A stretch of DNA of 64,000 bases. It comes from Balanoglossus misakiensis. Taxonomy: Eukaryota > Animalia > Hemichordata. The notes under the pieces were generated by a model. It worked only from the letters and a program-made list of their open reading frames with translations, had not been told where the DNA came from and searched no databases. The translations under genes and the position numbers were made by a program. This document shows positions 12,801 through 27,319 of the stretch, piece after piece. Position 1 is the first letter of the stretch. The number at the start of each line of letters is the position of its first letter. The stretch lies in the NCBI GenBank assembly GCA_040954595.2, contig CM082594.2, forward strand, positions 9,614,296 to 9,678,295, in the 5' to 3' direction.

Positions 12801-15800
12801 GTCTTGAGTGTTTTGTGCCCAGTCAGGTGAAAACGTGATTTGATAATGTATGGTGGCTTTCCTAGGAGGAATTAAGTAACCATGCATCTTACTCAGACCA
12901 TGCAGTGACCCATATATACCTTTGTCAAGTTTTGGCTATACATTGCAGTATTTTCAGTTTGTGTATGAAATGCTGATTCATATTCTGTGCTATACCGTAT
13001 GCTCAGTATTCTGCTTCCCTCAACAGTGTCATTTTTATGCCTAGCAACAGAGAAATGATTTCCTGAATCAGATGATGGCAATAAATAATTTGTTGTCACC
13101 CAGTTGTTCTGTTTGAAAGATTATGAAACTTTCCAGGCTTGGCAACACAAAAATTGCAGTAGTCAAGTGCGATCGGAAAATGTCTGTAAACAGAGCAAAG
13201 GTGTCAGTCTAAATTTACTTTTTGTTTTCATTTCAGAATAAACATGTACCAATGGAGTGACAGGGTGGTTGCAACAGTCCAGAGAACTGATTGGTCGGTT
13301 AGGCAGGGAATAGTGTCACATGACGTTCAGATGCTGGTCACACCAAGAGTAGTGGTGAGTGCTTTATTCCTATACGTCGTCCCCCATGTTTCCTGCCAAC
13401 TAGAACATGTATGTGTGTGCGAATATGTTGTGTTGTACTCAATATCTCTCTCTGAATGCATCTGTACCTTTTTCAAACTTACAGCAATTAAATGATTTGA
13501 CCCAAGCATTCAACCTTGCATCCAAAATTGCTTTCCAGTGCTTATCAAGGTTTTCCGATTCACGACCAAATTCTGCCATTAGCGTATTTCTTTCCTTGCG
13601 TCGATAATTCCACTCATTGTTGCCATCTGGCTGTGATTGCGGAGACAGTTTGTCTGGTTCTGAGTCAAGCCTCGGTCTGCAAGACAGGAGTTTATACATC
13701 GTCATTCCCTTTTTAATACTCAAACCTTTTGCGTCAAATACGGTGATTTAAGCGTTTCCTGCTCGATAATTTGATGGTGAATTCCTTGCAACTGTGTAAG
13801 GTGTAGGTAAATTAGCAAAAATGAACGAAAACATCGTGAAATGTTCCACTTTGAAGAAAATGAATGCCCTGGGTTTTCAGTCTGACTTGGCGGTGTTGCA
13901 TGAATACAAGGGGCACAGGTGGAAATCAGACACGATATTGCCGTGTTTAACCTTTGGTCAAAAGCGCTCCTGCAGTAAACTTGTTCAAAGCAAAAACATT
14001 TCCTTTGAGTGGTTTTTTTAAGTCTCTTTTTGCCAAGAGTTGGATGACCTCATTTGGCATTCTTGGCATGTACAGGAGTTGAGTATCGATCTTCAAATGA
14101 AGCGTGTAATCAGGGTGAGTTGTACCTGGGCTTTCAAACCATCCTGTTCAAGTATGCCTCAATCAGTTATCTCTTCAAGTCTCTAAACACTGAAACAGCT
14201 ATCATCAGAATTTCTAAAACAAAACATTTTTGACATCTTAGGGGGATTTTTGCGAAATGGCTGACCAGCTGTGATTTTTGATTGCATCGCAACAAAATCA
14301 TGTATTTGGCAAACTCGAAAATGTCCAGGTATTTCAAAACAGTCTGATTCGACCATTTCTTGAAAAAAGGGACCTCACAATGCAACTGCTGTAAACTTCA
14401 GTAGTGTACCGGGTATAAGTACCGTACTGGATAAGCCAATTTCAGTAACACAGCAAATACCAGCCACTAAGTTATTGCCATTGCGTCATTTCTTGATTGG
14501 ATAATCTTGGTCATTAGGAGAACATGGTCCAATCTTTGCAACGTCTCTGATTAGGATGGAATGCCTGTAGCATTACGGGATTGGAAGGGACTTTAACTTC
14601 AAGACAAACTTAACTGACCGACCTGATGTCTTAATCAAAATTACCAGGAGTACATATTTCAAAGTAGAAGGGAGTTAATCGAAATTACCAGGAGGATATA
14701 TTTCAAAGTAAATGTACATGTACCAGTAGAAGGGAGAGATGTGTGCAGACTACCAGTATATCTAAGGTGTGTTGTTAATGCTGGTAGGCTAACAGAAAAA
14801 ATATAAATATTTAACTCTGGTCATGTATATTTTGACAGGAATATGAGCGAGGAAAAGTATATTAACCTGATTTTTTAATGTCAGAAGTTATGTTGAAGAC
14901 AACCTTTAGTCAGTTTTATTAGGTTTTGGCTGAGAAGTTGAAACTAGCTTGTTGCCTCAGTGTCTACATGCTGTAGGCCTTGTAATTTTCTGTAAAAGTT
15001 GTACATGGATGACTGCATGAGCCAGATGCTGGGAGCATTGGTGCAGCTTATTATTTGTGATCCAGAGCTTCTGGATAATCCGGAAAAATAGGGAATGAAT
15101 ATGTGACTTGAGATCGAGTGGCCTATCCCCTTCAGGGTGTGAGTGCATCACACTGTGATTGGAAGCTCTAGGAAAGCATGGCTTGGATGTGCCTTGCTGC
15201 TAGATGGGGGCTGTAGTGCTTTCTAACAAGAGTTTTGTTACCATAGCAGCTAGCAGATGAGATTAAAAGTGAAATCACACGTAGAAAATATACAAACAGA
15301 AAGAAGTGTGCTCAGATACGTAGAGAGGATCAGAATTTCCAGGAGATAAAGCATTTCTTTGTGTATGAATTATTTGTTTGATGGTCATTATGTTTGGAAC
15401 ATTTTTCTCTCTGCAGGAAGAAGCCAGAGATCATTTCAATTGTTCATCACTAGAGGGCGTTGAGATCGAGAACCAGGGTGGCAGTGGTAGTGTTTTATCA
15501 CATTTTGAAAAACGATTGTTCGAGGTGAGTTGAATTTATAAAGTCAAACTCATCACATTTGTTATTAGCCTGTATGTACAATCTGCTTTTTGGACATAGA
15601 TGATATGATTATTTAGGAACTTTTAAAAAAAGTTGTCAATGAATAAGATGTATGAATTTTTTTGCATTTCCAGAATGAAGCAATGACAGGCGTGCATTCA
15701 CAGACCAGGATATTTTCCCGACTGGTGTTAGCAATCATGGAAGATACAGGGTGGTACTCGGTCAATTATGACAAAGCTGAACCATTGATTTGGGGGCAGG

Positions 15801-18465
15801 GTCTTGGATGTGACTTTGCCAAGAAAAGCTGTAAATATTGGATTGATCTTCAGAAAGCGCGGTGAGAGATTTAACTTCAGTTTGTGTCATGAATACAATG
15901 AACAGAGTCACTCTACAGATTTCTCTGATATACCGGTATCCTTTGGTCTGGAATGGCTGCTCAGCTGTCGGTGTTAATTGAGCAAATTTTTATCTGTGTT
16001 TGCAGTCAGGAAGAGGTGGACCCATACTGTGATACTGTGGGTTCTGTAGAATTCAAACTCCAGTGCAATACAGACAGGTCATCAGTAGCCCTGTGCAATA
16101 TACATAAATATGATGTCGAACTTCCTGTGGAGTACCAGGTAAGTTGATGTGCCAACAAATAATGAGCAAGCAATTTATTTTTGCGGGCTTTCTTCAATAG
16201 TATAGTTTATTTACTTATGACAGCCATAGTTACAACAAAAAATTGAATGTTATTGTGATCCACTCTCCCAACTGAACTTTCCAAAGACTTATAACTGTGT
16301 TTTCCATGGAAATGTTTGCACCTGTAGTATTTTAATGAATTAAATGGAGTGAACAACCAAGAGCTTGGTAAATATGGCGGCAGTGTTGAAATGGCTGACT
16401 ACTGTCCATTTCACCAGGTAAGTTTGTCTCTGTTGCCATGGAAATCTCTGTTACCATGGAAATCACTACAACAATCACGTATCTGGTAATGGCTGATTGG
16501 TTGGTTAGCGTGGCAGTAACAGAACTTGAGTGGGTGTAAAAGGACTTGTCCAACACCCTTAATCATGTTGAACCCCGTTTAAAAGTAATGGTGTCTTAAT
16601 AGCTGCTTAGTGAGATTATAATCAGTGGATTTTAAACTGATGAAGCTGTTTCGCATTTTAAATTTCTCAGGAATTAGAATGGGAATCTGACACATCACCG
16701 ACGAGAACTTCACACTGCAATAATCCAGTGAATGCTCCGGGTAAGATAAGAACAACAGCAATGAAATGAAATATGGAATATAGAAAATTAAAGTCATGTA
16801 TCTGTAATAATTTGTAAATTTCAGACTTGATAAAACTAGCTGTTGTCAGTTTTAATTGATAATCTTTGATATCGTGAGATTGGTGACTGTAATTGCAGAT
16901 CCTGATCACAGCTATTCCTTGGAGCACTATGGGGACAGTTCTGTCTGCATAGAACAGGGAGCAGCTTGGACAAAACAGAGATGTAATCAGGTTTCTACCC
17001 AACATCAGTGGGGAAGTGGATGTTACAAGGTAATAGTGCTGAATCTACAAATTAAAACCCTGGGCATTCAGACTTCATGTAATATAGTACAGAAATTATG
17101 GCAATAACTTCCAAACAGGATATACAGTGTTGTCTTATTCTCTCTTGCAGTATTCCTGCAGTGAAATTTACGGATTAGTGGTTGAAGTCAGGGATGAAGA
17201 GTATGTTTGTTTCCAAGAAGATCAAGTGCTCAGCATCAGTTATGTAGTTGATAATTGGCTTCACGAAGGAACCCTTATATGTCCATCATGCCAGGAAATC
17301 TGTGGAACCAGGATCATCTGCCCAGCCGAACGGAACCCTCCACCGGATAACAGAACTGTTGAACCGCAAGGTATGATCAGATTATCAGCAATTGTACTTT
17401 TACACTTTTATTTTTATTTCTCATCTCAGTGCATGTTTATGTTATTCACATTTTGTTTTATGTTTACATGCCATAATAGCATGCAGATACATGTATTGTT
17501 ATGATTTATTGAAAATATTAAAATATAAAGTAATTATATAGACATGGCCTTCTCATTCTGAGAATATTAATTAACACTTTATCATTTCACACATGAAACC
17601 ACTCTGCTGATCATATGTTTGTGCCACCGTCATTGTCTTGGTAACCATCATCATCAACATCATCATCTTCATCAGTGTCAACACCATCATCCTCCTCTCC
17701 TCTCACAACTGCTTCATCCAGTCATGTTAACTCGTCTTGTGCATGTGAGTGTCTGTAGTATTCAGTAACAAACCAATAGACAGCTGTATCTCATTACAAT
17801 TCTCCCCCAACCATTCTCAAGGGTCAAAACATGTAAGAGGTTGATGGAAAAAGTTGGCAATTTGTCCTTCTTGATTAGAAGTAGCACTCAACAAAACTGA
17901 TCCAATATTCAACAAAATATTTGCACTCTCTCAGTAATATTTGAACCCCCACAAAGTTGGGTACCTTGCGACCAAATCAAGTCATTAGAGTTTTCAGAGC
18001 AATGTAATATTTCGTTCCAGATAACTAACTAACCTTTTGCTCCTGTGTGACTGTAAACTGTATCCAATGTGGCATAGGAGAGAACTTCCAATCAGTGTAG
18101 AATTTTGATCTCATAAAATAGAAATGACCTCTGATGACCTGCTGGGCAATGCAATATTGTCAGATTAAACTGCAGACATGGGGTCTTTTTGAGAACACGT
18201 ACAAACTGTTTTGAAAATGTTGATAAAGTCTTCATGTTTTAATGCTAGTCAAGTTAATTTTTCTACAGATTTGTTGGTGTAAATATGACATCAAGATGTA
18301 ACAGATAATTGTTCCTGTATTTTTTCTGACAATTATTGAATGATATTTTTTCTTTCAGTGATTCCGTGCGTCAGTGGTACAACTTTACCCATGTGGTCAC
18401 TCACACTATCAAGCCTGGTTTTGTGTCGACTTCTCGCTGCTGTCGTCATGGAGACTCTTCAATAA
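6812..18465 (+). CDS. LMLN: Leishmanolysin-like peptidase / invadolysin (M8 zinc metalloprotease), 668 aa
   Basis: 16 exons: 6812-6940, 8204-8332, 8489-8571, 8756-8873, 9010-9191, 9691-9796, 12318-12412, 13237-13354, 15417-15524, 15674-15861, 16006-16138, 16328-16417, 16671-16740, 16899-17029, 17151-17370, 18359-18465; 2007 nt in frame. HEIFHALGF (HExxH), third zinc ligand in SHFEKR, Met-turn NEAMTG, ADYCPF; RKRS furin-like site; hydrophobic C-terminal tail. The terminal exons are less certain than the core. Confidence 0.93.
9250..9416 (+). repeat. Degenerate (GACA)n simple repeat in LMLN intron 5
   Basis: agacagacagacagacaga... with interspersed variants. Confidence 0.6.
17646..17690 (+). 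repeat. Degenerate (CAT)n simple repeat in LMLN intron 15
   Basis: catcatcatcaacatcatcatcttcatc. Confidence 0.6.
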
Positions 18466-20668
18466 TTTTTAAAAAGCAAAAGAGAAGAAGTAGAACTCAG
18501 GAATGCATTGCTAGGAAGACTCAGACAATGTTAGCTATTTATTTTTTTTGTAAATTATACTGCGAAGTGTTTTTTGCAGATGAGGATCAACAAGGAGATG
18601 CCACTCAAAGTGTATTGACATCATGATAACCATGACAACCAGCTCCTCAAGCTGGTTGAAAATTGCTTTGTAAAATTGATGTACTGGTAAATATTCATAA
18701 GCATTGTTCCAATTATGTCTCAGAAATTCAGAAAATATCATCATTATTTAAATGAATTATTGTCATATATGTGTAAATAACATTTTTGCTGTTCTGGTTG
18801 TTGTGGCCAGGCTTCCTTCAACATTATAGTTTGATCCATGTACGTGATTTTGGGAGCTTGGCAGTTTAGACGCCGGATAATGTCCAAGAGAGTACAAAGA
18901 ATTCTAGTTTCGTAATTTATGGCATAATACAGACTGGCATCAAGAGGTGAATGGTCAGTGCAGCTGTTTAAAAATTTCGATTTTTCATTTATACAAACGT
19001 GATATTTATGCTCATATTGCCATGTTGAATTGCCGAGATAATGGATAGCGTTTGATAGTCATGAATAATCAGAAAAACATTTACACAGTTTTTTTATGAA
19101 TAGACACATTTTAACAAAAGTCTTTGTTGACCATCTGTGTGCAAGTAGACTTTTTCTGTGCTTAGTGGGAGTTTGGGAATGATCAGAATGAATAGAACCA
19201 TAATTTTTCGGGACCAAGGAAGATCTTTTAACTACTGAAGCAATAGAGGCAGTGGCCAAATGGGGTCATTGTTACTATGGAAACACAGGCTATTACAATT
19301 TGTTAATAATCTTGGATCATATCTTGTTTCAAAATTCAATCTTTTTCAGTAGAAGAGTATCATTAAATGTATTGGATACCAATATTAGAGTACAGATCTA
19401 GAGTGTTGAAATGTATATAAGACGTTTTTAGGGTTCACAAGAAAATCATACAATGATCTCATACAACATTTATAGGGTGATTTCAACCATAATACATGCA
19501 CAATATTTCTATGAAAAATCTTTTCTTTCATGTCTGTCTGTATGTCTTTGAGGTTGTCCCATGAACCTATTAGGTATAAACCTTGTCTTGGTACTCAAGG
19601 AATCTTGTCTTTTCCAAGAAACAAACATTTTTGCACCATTCTATTTATTCTTATACATAGAGTTTTAATAATGGCTATAAACAACTCTTTCATGGAAAAC
19701 TTTGATGTGTACCGATTCGACGTGATCTCTTTCAACTTGTGTGTCTGTCTGTAAAGCAGCCTTGCTGTATATTGCACACACAATCACAGATGTTGACATT
19801 TTCACTATAACATGATTTTCATCTTTCATGAAATGTCTGCCGTTACCGTGAATGTGAGAATCTACATTATGTTACAATTTATGTTCAAGATATGTTCAAC
19901 TTCAGTTTAATTTCAGCACATAACAGACAGGACTTTAATTTTACATCACAGACCCTCAATTGTCATTTTTTGTACAAATTTTGGTAATTTCATGAATTTT
20001 GCAAGTTTTACAATCATCTGAAATTTCAATGCTCTGTTTTTATGATGCCAATTTTCTTTGTTATAAAATGTGTAAATATCACGGTACTCTAAATGCTGTT
20101 TCACTGCATATGAAAATCATTCCGGGCTTTCATTATTTTTTCGATTCACCTTCACACAAATATTCTAGTCGATGTATTTTTTTGTGAACTTTGCAGGTGT
20201 TTTATTTATATGTTCTCAATTGTGTGAATCGTGGTTTAAAATAAACGAGTACCTTTTCTAACTTCCTGTTTATCTTTGCCATTGAAGCATAGGAGCTAAT
20301 GTTGTTCCAGTGTTTATCTTCCCAGTAGGTGTCAAGAACAGTTCTCAGTTAGACCAATCACAAGGTGAAGTCAGGACAAATCAACAACAACAACAACGCA
20401 GTACAACTTTTTATGTCAGGTAAAGTTTATTGATTTCTTTGTGTGGAAATTTTCATATTTTACCATTCTCCTTCAATCATAGTATTTTATTATCTTGCAT
20501 TAGACTTTAATATTTTATTGAAATACATGTCATATTATACTTGTATCACATTTGACATAACTGCTAGAATGTTGATGATACATATTCCATGATTGTTGTA
20601 CAGTTACTGGTTTAAATTCCCCCAAAATTGAAAAAAGAAGACTTAAAATATTGATAATTTAAGACCAT

Positions 20669-23600
20669 TTAACGTCTGTCAGCTTTGCCCATTTTCTTTT
20701 TGCCAGCATACAGATGTCTCGGCATGGCTGTGGGTATCATTCTGTCTGCTTCGCCGATTTTACCGTATCTGTTGCCTCTCCTCTGAGATAATTTAGATAA
20801 ATTCTTGGCCTTCTTGCGCATCTGGAAGAGGAATGATGATAGTGATATTATTATTAACTGTTTCTGCCTGTCTTCAGGTTATTTGGGGTTACAGCAAGTA
20901 ATGGTAGTCGGTGTGGTTTGGAAGAGACATCTGACCTCTGTACGACCTCAAAACAGGTACCACTAAAATTGAACTAATTCTAGTTTTATAAATGTCGCGT
21001 TGCCCAATGTTATGCTTTAGTTTTACAGTTTCCTGTAGTAACACAGGAAACGCTCATAAGCTTTGATATGATAGGCAGGATACTGCTTTGATGGTGGAAA
21101 ATAGACACTGCAAACCAATCACAAGGTCTGTTACAAAAGAGCTCATCATACTCACAGTCTCATCCCTAACACCAGACAGATCACGTGGTGTGCGAGAGCT
21201 ACTCCTGGTACGTCCGACTGAATCAGTACGTTGTCGTTTCCTCACCAACGGAGTCTTGCTTCGAGATCGGCTCCGCGTGTAGTGGCCCTGTAACAAGAGG
21301 ATAAGAATCTGTTGCCAGCATTTTTCACACAGAGTTGGAAAAGAAGTTGGAGATTTTCTGTTGTGTGATATTAACGTCTGACATGTCTATACTAAGAATC
21401 ACATACCTCGCTCTCAGGTTCCACCCCAAGTTCTCCCATCTCTCTCTCAAAACGACTTCTCTTTCCCTGAAACAGAAACAAAGTCATACGGACATTTAAT
21501 TAAAGCAAATCAAAGGAAAAAATGAATGCAAGTTTTCTAACAGCAGTTGCTCTGATTTCATTTTTTGTCAAAAAAATCTCAAATACCTTGAGAGCAGTCC
21601 GCGGCATGACAGGTTTTTGCACTTTTCTTTTTTCTTTCGATTCCATCATGATGATCTTCCTTTTGTTACGAATCCTGTAGAGCAAAAAAACATGTTGTTC
21701 TGATTCACGATTGATAACATCAGTCACAGTAAGACACTCCAGTTGCTAATACCTTGGGGCATTGGTGTCAATAGCATCAAGAATTTAACCTCATTAAGAG
21801 TCTTCTTCAAATGTTTCCAAATGAATACTTACTTTGACGCCAATTTTCTAATCCCCTGCATTTCTTCATCATCAGAAGACTGGAAATTAACAAAAAAGAA
21901 AATAAAACCAAGTTAAAAAGAACTCTAAATAATATTCCTACTTTTATCAACCCGTCCATCATCTAAAGATATTTCAATGTAGATCGAAGTTGATTTTTCT
22001 CACCATATCCTCGTCATATTCTCCAGCTGCAACTCTCAATTCCTCTTCCTTCTCCAACTCTTCCAATTTCTTTTCGATGTCTGGATCGATATAATCAGCA
22101 ATATTACGACCGTGCCACAGTTCAGGGATGACATCGTATTTCTCGTCTTCAGGCACAAGATAATGCTTCTGCAAGTCAAGCACGTACTCATCCTCCATTT
22201 CAATTTCAATGTCACGTTCAAGTTTCTTGCGTTTTCCCTCTATCTGCATGGCTGCCTTTTTCTGTTTGACACCTTCCGGAATGCACGGTGGCCTTACCTG
22301 TACAGAGACAAACACAGAAACTCTTAAAAAAGATATTCATAGTACTGTTCGCCATACCTAATTTAATTCCACTGGAAAAGCTCGAGCTCGAAAACTGGTG
22401 AAAGAAATTTAAGGTAAAAAAATTGGAAGTGATGTCTTTAATTGATAAGTGCCTTACCTTGGAATCTCTCTGTGTAGGGACTGCCAGATGCAATCGATTC
22501 AAAACATCATTGACTTTCCTTCCCTTGATCTTGCCTTCAACTCTCTGAGCGAGAAGTCGATCACATGCCTAGACAACAGAACAGATAATTCTATAACTTT
22601 ACCAATATTGACAAAGTAAGTCTACAACACGTCTTGATGAATATTTGGTTGATGAACTGAATTATAGTTCAAATTTCTGCGAGCAATACATTATATATTT
22701 ACAACAAGAATTGAAAATGTGACTGACCTCAGTTTTGACCTGGATTACTCCTTCCTCTGTGACAGTACTCATTTGTAAGACTGGTATCCCTTCATCATCA
22801 AAGTCTTGAAGAAATTTCTGCAATCAAATTTTTTCCGTTATTTCATAATAATCATTTCCACATCAAAATCATGCAAGGCAAACAACGACTGATTCAAAAT
22901 GTCTTGAAGAGGAGTCTTCGCTGTGAAAAAACTCACCTTTTCGTCTTCAAGAAGTTCTTCAGGTCTTATGACATCAATTTTATTAGCGATGACCATCAGT
23001 GGTTTATTCGCAAATAATGGTTGAATATTCTTGAAGAGTGCCACCTATAATAAGAATAGGCACTATATGTTAAACACCCACACTGATGTAATCAAGTGCT
23101 TGCTGCATATACATTGTGATAACTGTAAGTAATATCAGCCCCTTTATACTTAGTCTGACCTACCTGTTCTTCAATGGTACGACCACACTGCTGTGATACA
23201 TCCATGATGTAGAGGACAGCAGCTCTGAGATGTGCTAATGCAGTGATGGCTTGCATTTCAATGGTATTTCTTTCCTCCAGTGAGTGATCCAGAATTCCTG
23301 GCGTGTCCACCACTTGCCAGCGAAGATATCTGTAATCCGTGTGACCAACAAAGAGAGATTTTGTGGTAAATGCATACGGTTGGACTTCAACATCTGCCCT
23401 TGTGATCTGTAAGAAAAACAATATGATTGGGTGGTTAATTGATTGATTTGCTGACTGATTCAATGTTGGGTGATTCAGCAAAGACTTAACCTATAAGTCC
23501 TTCAGTACACAGCAAAATTCTTTTGGTAGCAATAATGTCTTCTATACTCAGTACAAGCCACACAGACAGGCTTTAAGATTCAACTCACCTTGTTGATAAA

Positions 23601-24794
23601 GCTAGATTTCCCCACATTGGGGAACCCACAAATAAGCAGTGTTCTGGTGTTTGGATCTATGGAGGGAAGTCGAGACAAATGTTGCCTGACTTGCTCAAGG
23701 TATTCCAAACTCTGGTTTTGTCTCTTCATGATGGTACACATTCTGCCGAGTGCAGCCTTTTTCAACTGTTTGCATCGATACAAAGAGTCTGCATACTTCA
23801 AGAGTCTGACGTAGTCTTTTGAAACACTGTAGGTTTGAGAAGAAAAGATGCATGTAGTGACGATGAGTCTTGGACCTTGAACAGTCTTCAAAAGGGATTA
23901 CGAATTTTCAGTACACAGATCCTGCTGCTAACTTACTTGTCTATGAGGTGTTTAGCTGTGTTGATCTGCCCCAGAGCTAGTTTGTAATGGTCTTTATCAT
24001 AGAGGACGTTCATCAAATCAGCGTAGAATGGATGGATATCCTGTAATGAAATAACATTTTACAACATTAATTTAAAGATCAGTTCTGAATACAAACACTC
24101 ATTGCTGCTTATATTTATTTTCTGTGAGCTTAAAGTTCTGCTGTCTTTTTGAAAGAGGATGAATATAAACAAGACTAACTCACCTCTAATTTAGGGAAAT
24201 CACTGATTATCTCCGTGAGTTTATCATGATAATTCTGTTGGGTGTAACGAACTTTTCTCATGTAAAAGTGACGGATTCTTCCAATTGCATAATGCTTGTG
24301 AATCACAGTTGGTGTCTTCCTCTGGGTCTTTGACAAAACAATGTCAATGAAATCCTGTGAATGAAGAAATGTACAACGCTATAAGTCCACATGATATGAT
24401 AAGGCATGTCATCCAATGACTGTGTGGTGGCAGTATCTTTTTCAAGTGGACAGCCAAGTGAAAAGTCGATGTTCGACCAACTCTTCACTTTCTATATGGT
24501 TAATTTGGCTAGATCTTCACATGTCACTGTATACCCCGTGGCCGGGGTCATAGCAATTTTAGGATCATTCTACTTCCTATATGCACTGCAGTGTTTAAAA
24601 GTCTATACACTGCAGCTGGTACCATTGGTACGTAGAGTGGACCCATGGAAACATTTGCGGTGGGTCACAACACGATTCAAATCACACCAACAGACCGTGA
24701 CAGTACCTGATTTTCTCGAGGCTTTACGAAATCGAAAATTACAAACCTTAGCCGAAGGAACCACGGTGATCTTTTTGAAATTATAGTGTGACAT
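20669..24794 (-). CDS. GTPBP4: Nucleolar GTP-binding protein 1 (NOG1), 628 aa
   Basis: 14 exons: 24794-24747, 24354-24184, 24040-23937, 23826-23589, 23406-23164, 23044-22937, 22817-22728, 22568-22458, 22297-22004, 21879-21833, 21674-21587, 21466-21407, 21287-21156, 20821-20669; 1887 nt in frame. N-terminus [13 protein letters not shown]; G1 [10 protein letters not shown]2 YAFTT, G3 DTPG, G4 NKID; C-terminus GKADRR. Confidence 0.97.
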
Positions 24795-25132
24795 CTTTCT
24801 TTCCTTTGCACTGCCAACATGTGCATTTTATGACCTTTGACCAGCACAGCGCCACCATGGGGTAAAGCGATTACTGGATAAGCTTCACACAAATTTAAGC
24901 AGTTTCTATTCGTTTCTCATCAACATTTAAATATAGAACATATTTTTATGCGTGGGATAAAATTTGGTACTAACAGTAAGAAAATAATGTACCGTGGATT
25001 ATCTTGTTATGAGATTTGTTGAATTGCCGAAGAACCCGGATGATGTCACTACGCTTGCGCAATTACGAGCTTTCCCGCGAATTGTGGTCCTCTTTTCAAT
25101 CCCGATTTTTGATTCAAACACTCCAGGTAAGT
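24795..25132. promoter_or_regulatory. Putative bidirectional promoter between GTPBP4 (-) and CBX (+), including the likely CBX non-coding exon 1
   Basis: CpG-rich; ETS-like CCGGAT near 25037; strong donor CAG|GTAAGT at about 25126; acceptor just upstream of the CBX ATG. Confidence 0.55.
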
Positions 25133-25897
25133 AGCGAATAAAGGTACCAAGTTTAATTTCGGGGCAGTTATTTCGCATGCGTGTCTTTTATTAAGCTTCA
25201 AGCGTGCAAAACTAAATCTGAACCCGCATATTGTTTATTGCAAACCTTGCTGTTGCAAGGAACACATTTTCAAAATGGCTGCTCCATACAATATCGCAGG
25301 CCAACGCTGCATCTGTTCAGTCCTTTGTTTTGTTCGTGTGTTGACAGGTTTGCTGGGGTCATGTTTCCTCGGAAACCACTTCAGTCATTTCAAAACATGC
25401 TGACTCGGCGAAGACAACCACTTATGTGTAATTAAAGGCGTCATTTCAGTAAAAACTCTTGGAAAGTAGTTTGAAGTTTCCAGACCATCTTATTTGCATG
25501 TGGCGTGCTCGTCTTATAGCGCGCTACGTTTGTATATTCCACAGTTGATGTCCAACAACTCAAGATAGCTGAATTCCAGTTTGCTTTGCTCGAGACGCCT
25601 GCAAAAACAATTACTACTACTTTCTAAACCATGGGTATGTTATCTGTACTTTAATAGGTCATTGCATTCAAGAAGTTCTGAATCAAGAGTATCTCCAGTT
25701 TTGCATAAATTAATTACTAGAGCCTATTGCATCTTGGGTGTTTTTCAAATATGTTTATTTTTCAGTTTTAAGTGGATTTAAAGTAAGTTAATGACTCAAG
25801 TGAATTTCCATACAATTTTGGTTTTGAGAAGCAATGAAAAAGTTTAACTGACAGTTCCATACTGTCAGTTCAACTGGTCCTCTTTATTTAGGGCACT

Positions 25898-25921
25898 GGG
25901 GGGGGGGGGGGGGGGGGGGGG
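25898..25921 (+). repeat. Poly-G tract (G24)
   Basis: Homopolymer seen directly; shorter G runs near 45790 and 47380. Confidence 0.95.
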
Positions 25922-26048
25922 AAATCCGACATCTTGGCAAAATAAAAAATTGTCGGCATCATGTAAGGTTTAACAGTTTCTACTTTGCATGCGATGCACT
26001 TCAGAATTCTGCATTTCATGCACCCCCAATGATCTCACCCGCTGCTAA

Positions 26049-27319
<1,271 letters not shown>

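Noticed and set aside
15935-15945. GTATCCTTT, a U12-type donor consensus, in LMLN intron 10
   Set aside because: Lies mid-intron; the homologous reading frame is satisfied by the U2 donor GTGAGA at 15862.
20822-24746. Intronic snoRNAs in GTPBP4 (ribosome-biogenesis genes often host them)
   Set aside because: No convincing sense-strand C/D box pair with terminal stem or H/ACA fold seen by eye; an Rfam/snoscan search would be needed.
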